From assembly GCF_964213995.1 (NCBI RefSeq), contig NC_135805.1, positions 45,632,001 through 45,696,000 of the forward strand: a stretch of DNA of 64,000 bases. The letters are read 5' to 3'. Under the pieces are notes generated by a model. The model was not told where the DNA came from and ran no database searches. It saw nothing but the letters and a program-made list of their open reading frames with translations. The first letter of the stretch is position 1; every line of letters starts with the position of its first letter. The stretch is from Mustelus asterias. Lineage: Eukaryota. Positions 1-12,710 of the stretch are shown piece after piece. Both the position numbers and the translations under genes were made by a program.

Positions 1-281
1 ACTCTCTCCTGTAATACTTTAATTTGCTCTGTCTCTTTGTGTCTCTCCTCCATAGAGGCATTTACTTCCTCAATTAGTCCAGCTAACTGGGTCACTAATA
101 TTACTCCCATTACTTTTGTTTTGTCCCGTTTAACTCCGTCTACCCACTTTCTTTGATCTTCTAAAGTTTGTGATGCGTTCCACCCATTCCGTTTCATCTT
201 TGCAACAATCGCTTCTCTGGCTAACAGATACTTCAAAATGAGAGCTACTGCAGTTTCTCCCTTAACAACGTGGTCTGCCAT
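1..281 (-). CDS. Gag-like ORF of an LTR retroelement/ERV, runs off the window edge
   Basis: ATG at 281 (minus) opens MADHVVKGETAVALILKYLLAREAIVAKMKRNGWNASQTLEDQRKWVDGVKRDKTKVMGVILVTQLAGLIEEVNASMEERHKETEQIKVLQER, with no stop before base 1. It lies downstream of an LTR and PBS. Gag identity is positional inference. Confidence 0.6.
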   Translation of the reverse strand, partial: MADHVVKGETAVALILKYLLAREAIVAKMKRNGWNASQTLEDQRKWVDGVKRDKTKVMGVILVTQLAGLIEEVNASMEERHKETEQIKVLQER

Positions 282-1400
282 TTTTCTGTCTAGCAGTCCT
301 GCAACCCCCGTATGCTGGCTGCTACAGTAAAAGTGCCTCAACTCTCTCCCTTATCTCCTGTCACTGATACTGCCCCAGCACCGTCTGTATTGCTGTAGGT
401 TCTCGTAGTGAGGTTCCAGTGGGTCTCTTTCCCCTGGGCTCCCCCAACTATTCCTGACACCTCACGCTTGGACTATTTTGTGTTGTCTTATTGGGATGTG
501 TGCTGGTTGTTTAGTGGGTTTGTCCGCCCCTGTTCCCAGCCCCTCTAAGTACAACGCCTCCCGCTCGGCCACCACCCCCACTAGCAGGGTTGATCCGTTA
601 CCCCAAAACCGGGTATCCTGCTATGGGCTGTGGTGTTCCCTACAGACGAACAAGGTTATCAAACTCCGCCCGGGTCCCTAATGGATCCTCCGTCGTCGTG
701 TCTCTTGGTCAGGATGGATCGGGTCCACTTTTCCTCAACACTTACACACCTGTACTCTGTTATCAAAGCCCCTGTTATAGTTAGTAACTGTATCGACTCT
801 GAGGTTGTTCGTCCCTTCAGAGTCAGTGTTGTTACCCGATTTACACTGTCCGTGCCTTGCACCCTGAGTGCCTGTGCCTCTTAGCGCCCGCTTCAAAACC
901 CAACCTTAGCGTGGGAGATTTCTCCTCTTAACGTCCAGTTTAGGGTAGGGCACCTTGAGTCAAGCACTCCCTTGTCCTATTGCCTTGGCACAGACAGTGG
1001 TTTCATTTACAATCCTGGGTTAGTTACACCAATTAGTTCTGCATGCGGTACTTATCTTTATATTAGTCTTAATTCCTGTTATCAAATAGCCCAAAACCTG
1101 TTATCTTTACCTCTGGTCCTTTACTCCTATTAAAGTTAAAAGTTACTTACCTTCTTCCACGCGGTCGTTCTGACCTGTACCTCTTTAGTGCGCACTTCTG
1201 TTTCAATTTAAAAACTTAGGCAAGATTATACAGTTCTACAAGACAACAATACTTAAAACAGACAAACCCTAACCCTTAAAGGTACCTCACTTTGAACGGA
1301 GACCTGCACTCGCCTTTGACTGCTCTGGATTTGTATCAGATTCGTTTAAATTTGATCCCGACTTTCAAACTGTGGCCATCAGTCAGAAGTCAGATATCAA

Positions 1401-1418
1401 ATCCTGCCGACTACGCCA
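1401..1418 (-). promoter_or_regulatory. Primer-binding site complementary to the tRNA-Ser 3' end
   Basis: + strand ATCCTGCCGACTACGCCA equals the last 18 nt (including CCA) of vertebrate tRNA-Ser, 3 nt from the LTR edge. Confidence 0.85.
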
Positions 1419-2576
1419 TTTTGTTGTAGGGAAAAATCCCTTACCAGCACAGAATAGAAGCCGAGTCGCAAATCAAGGTTCAAAGCGTGTCTTTATTGTA
1501 CAATTTACTAGGATCCTAGGGAGACCCCCGTAGCCAGCTCAGAAACAGTGGCTTGGCCACGTTGATCTCCATTGGATTACATCAGCCCTGGATCTTTATA
1601 GGGCTCCAAATTTGAGCGGGAACATTTGATTATGCATCTTTTTACAATATGTATAAAGTGGTCTGTCAGGTCAGGAAGTTCTCTGGGAGGCTTGTCAATT
1701 TGCATTTGTATGGTGTGTGTTCGTGTTAATGGGATTACTTGGTCCTGCCCCGGTGTCTAAATGCGTTTCCCATTATCATCTCTATGTGTCCCCTTATTTG
1801 AATTTGATCCTATTGTCCCGTGTCTGTGTTTCCTGCTTGTGAGATTGAGTGTTAATGTTATCCTGTCTTGTTGGATGTCTGGAGTACTTCATTCTAACCT
1901 TTTATTCTTATATCTTGGTTTATCAGATTTTTATGTCTGCCTTGGCCGAATTAGTAATGTTTCAGTGATAGCTTGGTTTTGATAACCCACTCTATGGCTC
2001 GTTTCATAGGGGTCTTGATCGTCCTTGACCAGTTTAAAATGCAGCTACAGGCTGTTGCTAGGCAGATTAGGGATCTCCCGCAGTTTCTGAAATTCGTGAG
2101 TCTCTCAGCTGTACAGGGGGGGACCCGATCGAATATCCATCCGGGGGTGCCCCTCTGCATTGTTGGCCCGTTATGAGTGGTGCCAATTAGTCCAATATGT
2201 AAATATGTTTGACGATGTAAAATATGGTTTTCTGTAAGATTTTCTCCTTCATCTACCTTCAAGAAAGACAAGGGCAGGCTACGCATGGAAACACCATCAC
2301 CCTGACTTGGAAATATATTGCTGTACTGTCGCTGGGTCAAAAGCCTGGAACTCCCTCCCTAACAGCACTGTGGGTACCACAATACATGGACTGCAATGGT
2401 CCAAGAAAGCAGCTCACCACCACCTTCTCAAAGGCAATTAGGGATGGGAAATAGATGCTGGTCTACCACCCGGGACTGTTATATCCAGAGATCCAATTTC
2501 TTTACAAGTGACCTCAGAACTTTGGAAACAGGCTGGGAGGCTTTTAGAAAACCTTTAAGTCTCTTGGTTTTAAATT

Positions 2577-2876
2577 TTATTTATTAGTGTCACAAATAGG
2601 CTTACATTAACCCTGCAATGAAGTTACTGTGAAAATCTTCTAGTCGCCACCCTCAGGCAGCTGTTCAGGTACACTGAGGGAGAATTTAAAATGGCTAACG
2701 CACCTAACCAGCACGTCTTTCAGACTGTGAGAAGAAACCAGGGCACCCAGAGGAAACCCACGCAGACATGGGGAGAATGTGCAGACTCTGCACAACCAGT
2801 GACCCAAGCCGGGAATCGAACTTGGGTCCCTGGTGCTGTGAGGCAATAGTGCTAACCACTGTGCCATTGTGCCACT
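2577..2876 (-). mobile_element. V-SINE/HE1-like SINE, tail type B
   Basis: tRNA-like head, V-domain core, tail ...cattgcagggttaatgtaagcctatttgtgacactaataa. Confidence 0.8.
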
Positions 2877-2999
2877 CTGAGAGTTTTGGAAAGGTAAATA
2901 TGGTGAAGCTTTTGTCGGTGTTATTCTGAAGACTGCTCGGTCTTTGAATTCTGTCATAAAGGATTTCAGTGTCAGAGGACTGATTTCAGTTGCGTGCTT

Positions 3000-3232
3000 T
3001 TTTAAATATTTGTTCATGGGTTGTGGCTGGGCCAGCATTTATTGCCCATCCCTGAGGGCATTTAAGAGTCAACCACATTGCTGTGGCTCTGAATTCACAT
3101 GTAGGCCAGACCAGGTAAGGACGGCAGATTTCCTTCCCTAAAGGACATTGGTGAACCAAATGGGATTCGAACCTTGGTCTCCAGATCATTACTCTGGGTC
3201 TCTGGATTACTGGTCCCATGACAATCCCACAA
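3000..3232 (-). mobile_element. tRNA-derived SINE (family C, tail gggcaataaatgctggcc)
   Basis: Matches copies at 9215-9572 and 15456-16140, with an internal deletion. Confidence 0.7.
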
Positions 3233-3245
3233 CTAGTGCAAGTTT

Positions 3246-4110
3246 TGTAGTGCAAGATATCATGATGAGGAAGGAAGTTTTGAATCACAATGGTAATTTA
3301 TTGATGGAAAGTTAAAATTATATACAAACAAGCGCAGTACAGGTACAGGTCTAGTTCCACCAACTCCCGGGCCCACACTGAAAATTCCCTCCTACCAGGA
3401 CCAGCGCCCTAACAACCGATAGGCGATGGTTCACATACTCCCTCCTGATAGACCCCAAGAGGGTCATGGGAGGCCCTAGAAGGGTCATGTGACCCATAAA
3501 GAGCTGCCCCTTAAAGGGGTCACACTACCACATTCCTCCCCCCTTAAATTCCTTTACAAAAATACAACCAAAAGCTCTTCTGTACAGATATATACGGTTG
3601 CAAAGTGGGGCCATTCCGCAAAGTTTACAAAATCAGTTGTACTGAGGACTTTCGGGCTCATGTGGAGTAGCACAACTCCGTATGCAGGTTCCCCAAGCTG
3701 AGGGTATCACAGTCTACAATAGTGGTAGATGGGTCAAGAGATTGGGCCATTGAACTAGGGCCAGCGCCCTCTTCTGCTGCTTCTGTGTAAAATTCAGATT
3801 CTTTCTGGAGAACCCTAGGTTCTGCTAGCGCCGACTCAGCTGCTGACACACTGGACTCGTTACTGAGTCCTGACAACTGGCAACGGGGACTGAAGCTTTC
3901 TGTCTTCTGATGTGATCGACGTGCACCGCACTTTGCAGCCCTGCAGGTCAATGATAGAAGATACTGAGCCAGTCTATCAAATTAGCTTCCCAGGTACCCA
4001 GTCTGGCCCCCTTTCCCCACCTCCAAAATTCCAAACAAATGACCTATCTCCCCTAGCTGAATCATGATAGTCCTCCTGTGAGGCTTGCCTAGCCTCCACC
4101 CTCCCCGTCA
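3246..4110 (-). mobile_element. Gypsy-type LTR retrotransposon 3' end (decayed integrase C-terminus, PPT, 3' LTR)
   Basis: LTR 3246-3532 (tgtagtg...cactaccaca) with minus-strand AATAAA near 3297-3302. Polypurine tract on the minus strand at 3533-3545. Decayed 'WNFGGG..GPDWVPG' integrase-tail-like peptide near 3985-4045. Confidence 0.7.
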
Positions 4111-4199
4111 AATTTGGGAAAATTAAAATGTAGTGAACAGATACAGAAAATAATCAACAAAGCTAGTAGAATGCTGGACTTTATATTGAGAAGATTACA

Positions 4200-4557
4200 T
4201 TATGAGGACTCAAATTCCACCAGAGACTTGAGCACATTATTTAGACAGAGACAACAGTGCGGTGCAGTGGAGGAGCTGCACTGTTGGAGGTGCTGTCACT
4301 TGGACGAGATGTCACTCTCAAGTGGACGGAAGAGGTCACACTGCACTATTTGAAGCTGAGTAGTTCTGACCAGTATTGACCCTTCAAGTAGCATTACAGA
4401 AACTGATGATTTGGTTATTATCCCATTGCTGTTTGTGAAACCTTGCTGGACGCAAAGTGGCTGCGCGCGATAAAACGATTTAATTGGTGATAAAATCCTT
4501 CTGGCACATCCGGAGGTTGTGAAAGGTGCTATATGTAAATGCAAGTCTTTTACTTTC
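4200..4557 (+). mobile_element. Deu-domain SINE (SacSINE1/AmnSINE1-like), old
   Basis: gagctgcactgttggaggtgctgtc...gcactatttgaag core and ...aaggtgctatatgtaaatgcaagtctttt tail. Confidence 0.6.
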
Positions 4558-4865
4558 AGAAAACTTCATACTCTTTCTTCCATTGGGTGCCATATCTGTA
4601 CGAGACCGAAAATTAACATAGCGGGTTAGTCCTTCTTGTAGAGTTGAGGGATGCGACCCAAAACATTAATATTGTTATGGTCTTGTTACAGACATTTGAA
4701 GAGAAATCTATCTGAACACCTCATTTTAATCAATAGAAAAATGCCACACATAAAATAATTCAATGTATACAAAGCAAATATTATTAACTTAGCAATATGG
4801 TTTATAATTCCATACGTTATAACAGAAAAGACCACATTGTACTTACTGCACGCATATGTTATTTA

Positions 4866-5222
4866 GGGGAGATGGTGGCATAGTGGTAATGAGGCCCAAG
4901 ATTACTAGAGCTAATGGTCTGGGAATGTGGGTTCAAATCCCACCATGGCAGTTGGGGGAATTTAGTCTCAGTTAATTAAATCTGGAATTGAGCCATCGTC
5001 AGCTGGCATAAAACCCACTCATTAGTGTCATAATCTGGCCTACATGTGATTCCAGCTCATAACCTGGCCTGGCGACGTGTGATTCCAGATTGACAGCAGT
5101 ATATTTGACTCTTAACTGTCCTCTGAAATGGCTTAGATTGGCGAGCCATTGCATGGGTGATTAGGGATGGGCGGCAAATTCTGGCCTTGTCAGTGATATC
5201 CGCATCTCCTCAAAGAATATAA
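4866..5222 (+). mobile_element. tRNA-derived SINE family C, diverged
   Basis: A/B-box head (tggcatagtggtaat...ggttcaaatcc) and tagggatgggcggcaaattctggcc tail. Confidence 0.65.
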
Positions 5223-5511
5223 AGATAAAATTCAGTTTTACTTCATACTTTCCCCCAATAATTCTCTTATACCCTTATATCTTAAGAATTATCTACATCC
5301 GCCAGACTGCCCATAAGTATGACACAGTCCTCTGGAATTTACTTTAATTTTCCTCAGTTGCAGCTATTCCCCTAGGTCTGATACTCTTTGTTTAATATCT
5401 TCTGACAGTGGATGCCTTGGTCCCTTGTATTGGTTCTCAATGATTCCCAACTAATTGGACTCACTGCTTTCTTTACCACGAGGCTCTGTGAGGTCCATTG
5501 TGGGTTTTCTT

Positions 5512-5755
5512 TACCAGCTGCAAGTTACAGCAAGCTCAGTTGGCTGGATGGCTGGTTAGTGATGTGAAGTGATGCCAACAGCGCAGGTTCAATTCCCGTA
5601 CCGGCTGAGGTTATTCATGAAGGCCCCACCTTCTCAACCTTGCCCCTCGCCTGAGGTGCAGTGATCCTCAGGTTAAATCACCACCAGTCAGCTCTCACTC
5701 TCAAAATGGGGAGCTGCCTCTGGTCATCTGGGGCCATGGAGACTTTACTTTCACC
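5512..5755 (+). mobile_element. Short tRNA-derived SINE (different family)
   Basis: agctcagttgg A-box, ggttcaattcc B-box, ending in a (acttt)n tail. Confidence 0.55.
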
Positions 5756-6348
5756 TCACTGCAAGGATTGCAGATGTCATGTCTCCAGTTCTTTTAGCTA
5801 CATCCACCTTCTGTTTTATGATGCTACCTTTCAAGCTGTTAGCCTCTGAAATCAATTGAAGTGTAATGAACCCATGTGAATTGTATTTACTTCAGGATTA
5901 TTACCAGCTTCTCAAACAGATACCCCAATTTTCTACAATTATGACTTTCTAATGTTAAGAATTGAATATTACTCTAAAACACATGAACCATATATTTGCA
6001 ACAAAATAGCCTTTGAATTTGATCCCCAGGCTGCCTGTGCTTTGTCACTTGGGTAGGTATGTGCAGTCACGCCATCTCGTATTTAATCTTTCAGGAGAGC
6101 TTTCTCTGGCGAGGATGACTCTCTTACTTACCTAGAATCCTGATCTTCAATAATACAGTGCATAGTCCTGCTCATCACAGCTTTCTCGCTGTTATATACT
6201 TTTTTAATCACATGTATTCTGTTGTTGTGACGCGCTCAGTAATAATAACCACCAAATCGAGAATCTTTGGTATTTTTTCAAATTGCATAGACAACCTTTT
6301 TAATTTGATGATGTCTGTAACTTACTCAATTCCATTTACTCTGGATAG

Positions 6349-6451
6349 AATAAGAGCAGCAGTGGAGAAAGTGGAGTTACTGTGGCAACAGGCTCTTGCC
6401 AAGGCTCAGCTTTTGCAGAAGGACCTTCAGTGCAGGGAAAAGGCTCAGCAG
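6349..6451 (+). CDS. Actin-fusion gene, first exon visible in window (IRAAVEKVELLWQQALAKAQLLQKDLQCREKAQQ)
   Basis: tag| acceptor, phase-2 start, cag|gtaaag donor. Amphipathic helix with a spectrin-like W. Confidence 0.75.
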
Positions 6452-6734
6452 GTAAAGCCCAAGTACAAAGTCTTTTATTGTACAATAATATGCGTGCTTA
6501 TTCTCTAACTCACCATCAAAAGGAATGACAGATTGCAAGTGGAAATACAGATTCAATGCTTGCTTTTGTAGAGTAGAATTAATTGCATCTGAATTGCTAA
6601 TTTTAATGAGTTTTACTGAATAGATATGGTCTACAACATGTTGCAGTGTGTCTAGCTGCTGGCAAACTATTCCTCCGTTTATTTCTATGTACATAAAAGC
6701 AAAATACTGAGGTTGCTGGCCCAGTCAGCCTCCT

Positions 6735-7262
6735 TCAGAGTCGCCACACTACCAGAAGGATGTGGATGCTTTGGAGAGGGTACAGAAGAGGTTTAACAGG
6801 ACGTTCCCTGGTCTGGAGAGTATTAGCTATGAAGAGAGGTCGGATAAACTCGGTTTGTTCTCACTGTATCGACGGAGGTTGAAAGGCGACCTGATAGAGG
6901 TTTACAAAATTATGAATGGCATGGACAGAGTGGATAGTCAGATGCTCTTTCCTAGGGTAGAAAAGTCAAGTACGAGGGGACATAGGTTTAAGGTGCGTGG
7001 GGAAAAGTTTAGAGGAGATGTGCGAGGCAAGTTTTTTACACAGAGGGTGGTGAATGTCTGGAACACGCTGCCCAGGGAGGTGGTGGAAGCAGGTATGATA
7101 GCGGCATTTAAGGCGCATCTAGACGAATACATGAATAGGATGGGAATGGAAGGATACGGACTCCGTAAGTGCATAGGGTTTTAGTTTAGGCAGGCATCAT
7201 GATCGGCGCAGGCTTGGAGGGCCGAAGGGCCTGTTCCTGTGCTGTACTGTTCTTTGTTCTTT
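6735..7262 (+). mobile_element. CR1 (HER1-like) LINE 3' fragment
   Basis: ALERVQKRF...RRLKGDLIEVYKI...RGHRFK...FFTQRVV and a microsatellite-like tail (tgttctttgttcttt). Confidence 0.9.
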
Positions 7263-8060
7263 ATTTACCCTTTGTAAATGCCAGTTTGTCCAAAATTCTG
7301 TTGTCAGTATGTTATCTTGTTGCAAGCCCTGCTTGTCCACCACATCTACCATCACCTATCTACATTGTCTCTGGGTACCTCACTGTCTCAGATTTATCCT
7401 TGTATTTATGTTCCTCTAAGGCCTCACTCTTCCCTATCTTGGTAACCTCTTCCAGGGCCACAGAATCCCCCACTGAACATTTCGGTTAGGGTAAGGGTCA
7501 CAATGGATGCCTGGTCCTGTCTTCACTCAACCCTTAGAACGCACTTTGCAGAGGGGAGCTCTTGGATAAAGCTCAGGCATGGGAAGCTTGGCTGTTGTAC
7601 TTTCTTCCTTTACCTGTATTCCAGAGCTCTGAGCTGTCAGTAGTAGCAGTCTATTGCCACCCCGTTGAGATCAGTTTACTTATAAACAGAGCAGGGTTGA
7701 ATCATTGATGTTCCGGGCCTCCAAGACACATCTCTACTCCAAGCAGAGTACTTTTCAGCTAAGGCATCAGGGAAATTCTCATTTCCATTTGATACAACAT
7801 GTAAGTTTCCAAAATTCAACAGCATTCAGGTGTTTCTGTTTTGCAGAGTCATTCAAATAGAGATTGACTTACTTTAGGAATGTTCATCACTAAAGCTATC
7901 CTTGGCCTCAAGTGGAAAACGTACTGATACTATAATGGAGGACAATATGAGGTTGTCTAACTCCTTGTGATACATTGGGACTGCGCCTACCAAAGCATGC
8001 TTGCATTGTATCAGCGGTTTTGGAAGTTACTAGCAAACGAGTTTTTTTTTTGCCCTGTAG

Positions 8061-8189
8061 ATTATTGACTTGATCACTACTGAAGGAATGGGGAAGATTC
8101 ATTCATACAAATTAGAAATTGCTAATAATTTGAGCCAAGCAGAGATTCTAAAATTGGACTATGATGTTGCCATTTACAATCCTGCAATG
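8061..8189 (+). CDS. Actin-fusion gene exon (IIDLITTEG...YNPAM)
   Basis: Poly-T/ccctgtag acceptor, atg|gtgagt donor, phase 0-0, 129 nt. Confidence 0.85.
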
Positions 8190-9214
8190 GTGAGTTTCTT
8201 TTTTTATATTTTGTACTATGAAAAATCCAGTATTGTAGCATCATATAAATGTATTGCTATCTTTTATTTATAAAGAATGAAAGCCTGTTTAAACGTACTG
8301 TAAATTATTCTATCTATTGTACAGGACAAAATTGCATATTTGTGCTAAACATATAGGCAGGATTCTGTGGGGCCCACAGGGGTCTCACTCACCAACTGGA
8401 GAATCAGCAGGGAACCCCTGTTGGTTCCATCGGGAGGCTTGGTAGAATCAAGTGTCCTTCAGGTAGTTGTGGCCACTTTTGGGCTTCCCTAGAATTGCGA
8501 TGCCCAGTGGCGGAAGTCCTGCCTGCTGCAGGCAGCTCTTCATTGCTGCCAAAGGGAATGGGAGCAGCAAAGCTCCCACCAGAGGTCCAGAATCATCATG
8601 GGACCCAAGGCTAAAGGTGAGTGAAAGTGGAATGGGGATTATGGGAGTGAGGGTTGCAGGAGATGGGGAGCAGGAGGTTCGGAGGCAGGGGCCCCCCTTC
8701 CCGCCCCCCGCCCCCCCCCCCCCCCTTCTCAATGCCGGGTCCCTCAACTGCTCCCAAGAGGCCACTGACACATTTAACAGGTTTTGCTGGACAGTCCTCC
8801 AAAGGCTCGAGAAAGCTGTGTGGCCCACCTTTAATTCCTGAGCCATTACTACAGTGTGGCGGGTTCAGGAATAATAGCTGTCAATTGGCTCATTAATTAG
8901 TCTACTTGACATTCAGCAGCTGGGAATCCTGCTTTAGCCTCTTCCGCCCTCTGACTAATTGGAGAAGGTTTTGCCAGTGCTAGGAGCCTGACGCGGGGCC
9001 TGTCCTGTGATTTAAGTGGTTCTGGCCCTTATGTTTCTCACCATGACTAATTGCATTAAATCCAGTCCACAGTTTTCCCAGAGCACACCCAACTGCTGCC
9101 TCACTGCTCACAGATGCAAATAATTTGTGCAGTGAAGATGATCTTATAAGGAAGATAATTTACCTTAAAAAGCAATGTAATTTTCTGATTCATTATGGAT
9201 TTGGTGCCTTGACT

Positions 9215-9572
9215 TTTCTTTTATTCATTCGTGGGACATGAGCGCCGCTGGCTGGCCAGCATTTATTGCCTATCCCTAGTTGTCTGAGGGCAGTTGAGAG
9301 TCAACCGCATTGCTGTGGCTCTGGAGCCACGTGTAGGCCAGACCACATAAGGGCGGCAGATTTCCTTCCCTAAAGGGCATTAGTGAACCAGATGGGTTTT
9401 CCGACAATTGACAATGGTTTCATGGTCATTCATAGATTCTTAATTCCAGGTATTTTTTATTGAATTCAAATTTCACCATCTGCCGTGGTGGGATTCGATC
9501 CCGGGTCCTCAGAACATTAGCTGAGTTTCTAGATTAATAGTCGAGCTATAATACCACTAGGCCATTGCCTCC
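9215..9572 (-). mobile_element. tRNA-derived SINE family C, full length
   Basis: Head (minus) ggcctagtggtattat...gggatcgaatccc; tail matches the 3' end of the LINE at 26640. Confidence 0.8.
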
Positions 9573-9632
9573 ACAGTAACTATATCCTAACATTTTTAAA
9601 GAACTGTTTGTATTGTCCGTGCTATTTTGCAG

Positions 9633-9818
9633 AAGTTGATCGCCGAATCGAGGAGCGTGTTGCAGGTTCTTGATGAAATAACCAAAGAGAAACCTGGAGG
9701 AAAAGAGGAGGATTGTAAAGAGAAATTGAGCAGATTAAAAGATATGTTCCACATAGCTATCGAACTGCCCCGCCAAACTCTAAAAGCAGTTTATGATTTC
9801 TACTACACCTTTGAAAAA
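9633..9818 (+). CDS. Actin-fusion gene exon (KLIAESRS...YYTFEK)
   Basis: ttttgcag acceptor, aaa|gtaggt donor, phase 0-0, 186 nt, helical. Confidence 0.85.
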
Positions 9819-10055
9819 GTAGGTAACATATAACCAATCAGACCAGGATGGCTGAGCATCCAGCTGGAAACAAAGATATATTTACACGCTATAAACTATC
9901 TCTTCTATAAAAGTAAACCTCTCTTTGTAATGTTTTAAGGAATTGGCTTGACTGAAAATTTCATCTTGAGCATTGAACACGGCTTTCTCTTGCAGATGCT
10001 GACCAACTTGCTGATCCTTCTAACATTTTCTGTTGCTGGTTCTCTGTGCATATTT

Positions 10056-10401
10056 CATAGAAACCCTACAGTGCAGAAGGAGGCCATTCGGCCCATCGAG
10101 TCTGCACCGACCACAATCCCACCCAGGCCCTACCCCCACATATTTACCTGCTAATCCCTCTAACCTACGCATCCCAGGACTCTAAGGGGCAATTTTTTAA
10201 AACCTGGCCAATCAACCTAACCCGCACATCTTTGGACTGTGGGAGGAAACCGGAGCACCCGGAGGAAACCCACGCAGACACGAGGAGAATGTGCAAACTC
10301 CACACAGACAGTGACCCGAGCCGGGAATCGAACCCGGGATCCTGGAGCTGTGAAGCAGCAGTGCTAACCACTGTGCTAACCACTGTGCTACCGTGCCGCC
10401 C
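10056..10401 (-). mobile_element. HE1/V-SINE, CR1-tailed type A, full length
   Basis: tRNA head, V-domain, CR1-type tail gggccgaatggcctccttctgcactgtagggtttctatg. Confidence 0.9.
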
Positions 10402-10533
10402 TTATGTGCATATTTCATACCTCCAATATTCAGGCTATTACTCTTGTAACTAATAAGCATTTACCATTTGGTTAAATTTCATTCAGCAATGTCAAAGAGC
10501 CAATGAACCTTTGCCAATTCATCAAAGATGATG

Positions 10534-11515
10534 GGGGCTATTTTCCCCACCCGTTGAGCTGCTCTGGCAGGCCATTTCTCCACTGGGCATCCAGGCCTCC
10601 GTGCGTATCTGCGGCAAAATCGGCGTGGAGCTGATTTCAATATTTAAATCCCTATTTTCATTTCATTAGTGGGCCCAGGACTGCAGTCTCCGGGCCCACT
10701 AGCATCCTGCCCCCACCTCCCCCGGGCCAGCCCCGATGTCTGGGAGGTCTGGTGTATTGGGGGGGGGGGGCTGTCCCCTGGGTAGTGCCAGCATGGCAGT
10801 GCCAGCCTGGCCCCCTGGCATTGCCCAAGTAGCACCTTGACACTGCCCACCAGGCATTGGGTAGTGCCAAAGGAGTATGGCCTGAGAGGGTGGGACCTAT
10901 TGAGGGGGCCTATAACAGGGGGCAATCGTGGGGGTGGGGATGGTCCCACTGCCACTCTGCATTGTGATTGGTGGCGGAGGGCGGAACTGATTAGGGCTGG
11001 TCATCTGGGTGTGTGGGGGGGGGGGGGGGGGGTGGGGGGGGTAGGGGGGGGAATGGTCAGGACTGTCAGGACTGCCAGGGCAGGGGTGGGGCTTGGGGAG
11101 ATCGGGGAGTCTGGCCAGGGGTCAGGGAAATTGGGGCTGACCGTAGGGCGGGGGCGGACATCGGGGCTGGCCCGGAGAGGTCAGAGAGGTCAACATTGGG
11201 GAGTAGGAGGGGCATCGGCAAGCCAGCGATGGGGTGTCGTGGGGCTGGCCAGTGATCTGGAGGCCGGCAGTGTGGGGCTACTGCGCATGCGCCGATCTCT
11301 TTTCTGACAGATTGGCGCATCCACAGTGGCTCGGTCAGCACTATGCTGCCAGCCACTCCAGCTCACAAATTTTCAGAGGGAATCCCACTCGGGCACTCTG
11401 CAGTGCTCAGAGTGTCAGAGATTCAATCTGAAATTCCCACCAAAAAAAACAGCGAGAGTTACTTCCATTTTCATGCGAATTGGGGACTTACAATTTTTTT
11501 GGGAGAATCTTGTCC
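10534..11515. mobile_element. GC-rich non-autonomous DNA-transposon-like element (PIF/Harbinger-like ends) with poly-G tracts
   Basis: ggggctattttcccc...gggagaatcttgtcc ends; internal similarity to 17385-17895. Confidence 0.5.
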
Positions 11516-12613
11516 GACTAGTCCATCATTACTGAATAATGGAAAGTTGTATCAGCTCTGACTAGTTGGTTGAGAACCAGTTTTTCTTTATACCTAAGGC
11601 TATTTCTGATTTATGTTTCATTTAACGCAGTTAAGGCAAACTAATTGTGGCATCTCCAAAGATAAATGCAATGGTGCTTCACACATACTCAATTATCCAA
11701 AGCCTGCCCATACTGCAAGTACCACTTATCTGCTTTCAAATGGATTCTACAATTAAATACTGTTCTTTTATTTGCCTTTACAAAAGCATTGGCATACAAC
11801 GGCCAAATGTAAGGAGCTTTTTTAATGCAGATATTTCAAATCAGTCTGAAGAGAAACTTCATAATTTTGGGTAAATTTCGACATTTGACCTGGTGTTAAC
11901 CTCGAAATGGACCACATATCTTACTGCATCGTTAACCCTGACAAAGGTGTGCGGGTTAGGTTGATTGGCCATGCTAAATTGTCCCTTAGTGTCAGGGAGT
12001 TACAGGGATAGGGACCGGATGGGATTGTTGTCAGTGCAGGTTCGATAGGCCGAATGGCCTCCTTCTGCACTGTAGGGAACCTATGATTCTGTGAACAGAG
12101 CTGGGGGAATTTTGCCTACCGCTGGCATCCGGTTTCAGATAATAGGCTTCTTTTAATACACAAATGATTTGATTGCCATTTCAGGTTGGAACTGATCGGA
12201 GTGTACACAGTGAACTGTGATCACCACCCCACCACAATTTCACATCCACTCTTGTTGGCAATGGTGTGATCTTGGCCTTGATGTCCAAAGATGTGCGCGT
12301 TAGGTTTATTGGCCATGCTAAAAAATTGCCCTTAGTGTCCTGAGATGCGTAGGTTAGAGGGATTAGTGGGTAAATGTGTAGGGATATGTGGCTAGGCCCT
12401 GGGTTGGATTGTGGTCGGTGCAGACTCGATGGGCCTCTTTCTGCACTGTAGGGTTTCTATGATTTCTATGATTCTATGATTGACTCAGCTGCTGCATCAG
12501 GATATCGGTTTGACAGCGTGCAACCTCTCCAGCCAGATGCCAGCAAGATTGGGGCCAAACAATTGCGGCCATCTCCTTTCCGTGGTCACTGGTAGCCCTG
12601 GTTGGTTCCTAGA

Positions 12614-12710
12614 CTCCATCTGACGAAGGAGCAGCGCTCCGAAAGCTAATGGCATTTGCTACCAAATAAACCTGTTGGACTTTAACCTGGTGTTGTTAAA
12701 ACTCTTACTG
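12614..12710 (+). mobile_element. Penelope-like pLTR fragment with minimal hammerhead ribozyme
   Basis: 97-bp insert between 11-bp direct repeats tggttcctaga (12603-12613, 12711-12721). Contains ccat-CTGACGA-stem-GAAA-gc-TA-atgg. Confidence 0.75.

Larger units (their letters stand above)
1..2251 (-). mobile_element. 5' portion of an LTR retroelement/endogenous retrovirus (LTR, PBS, leader, gag start)
   Basis: LTR about 1422-2251 bounded by TG...CA with imperfect inverted ends (tgtagggaaaaatcccttac / gtaagattttctccttca). Minus-strand TATAAAG at 1594-1600 and AATAAA at 1492-1497. PBS directly adjacent. Confidence 0.8.

Noticed and set aside
1401-1418. tRNA-Ser gene
   Set aside because: Only the 3'-terminal 18 nt including CCA are present, next to an LTR; this is a PBS.
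10165-10460. Recurrent ORFs such as MVSTAASQ...WVSSGCSGFLPQSKDV seen many times in the ORF track
   Set aside because: Translations of V-SINE copies, not a protein family.
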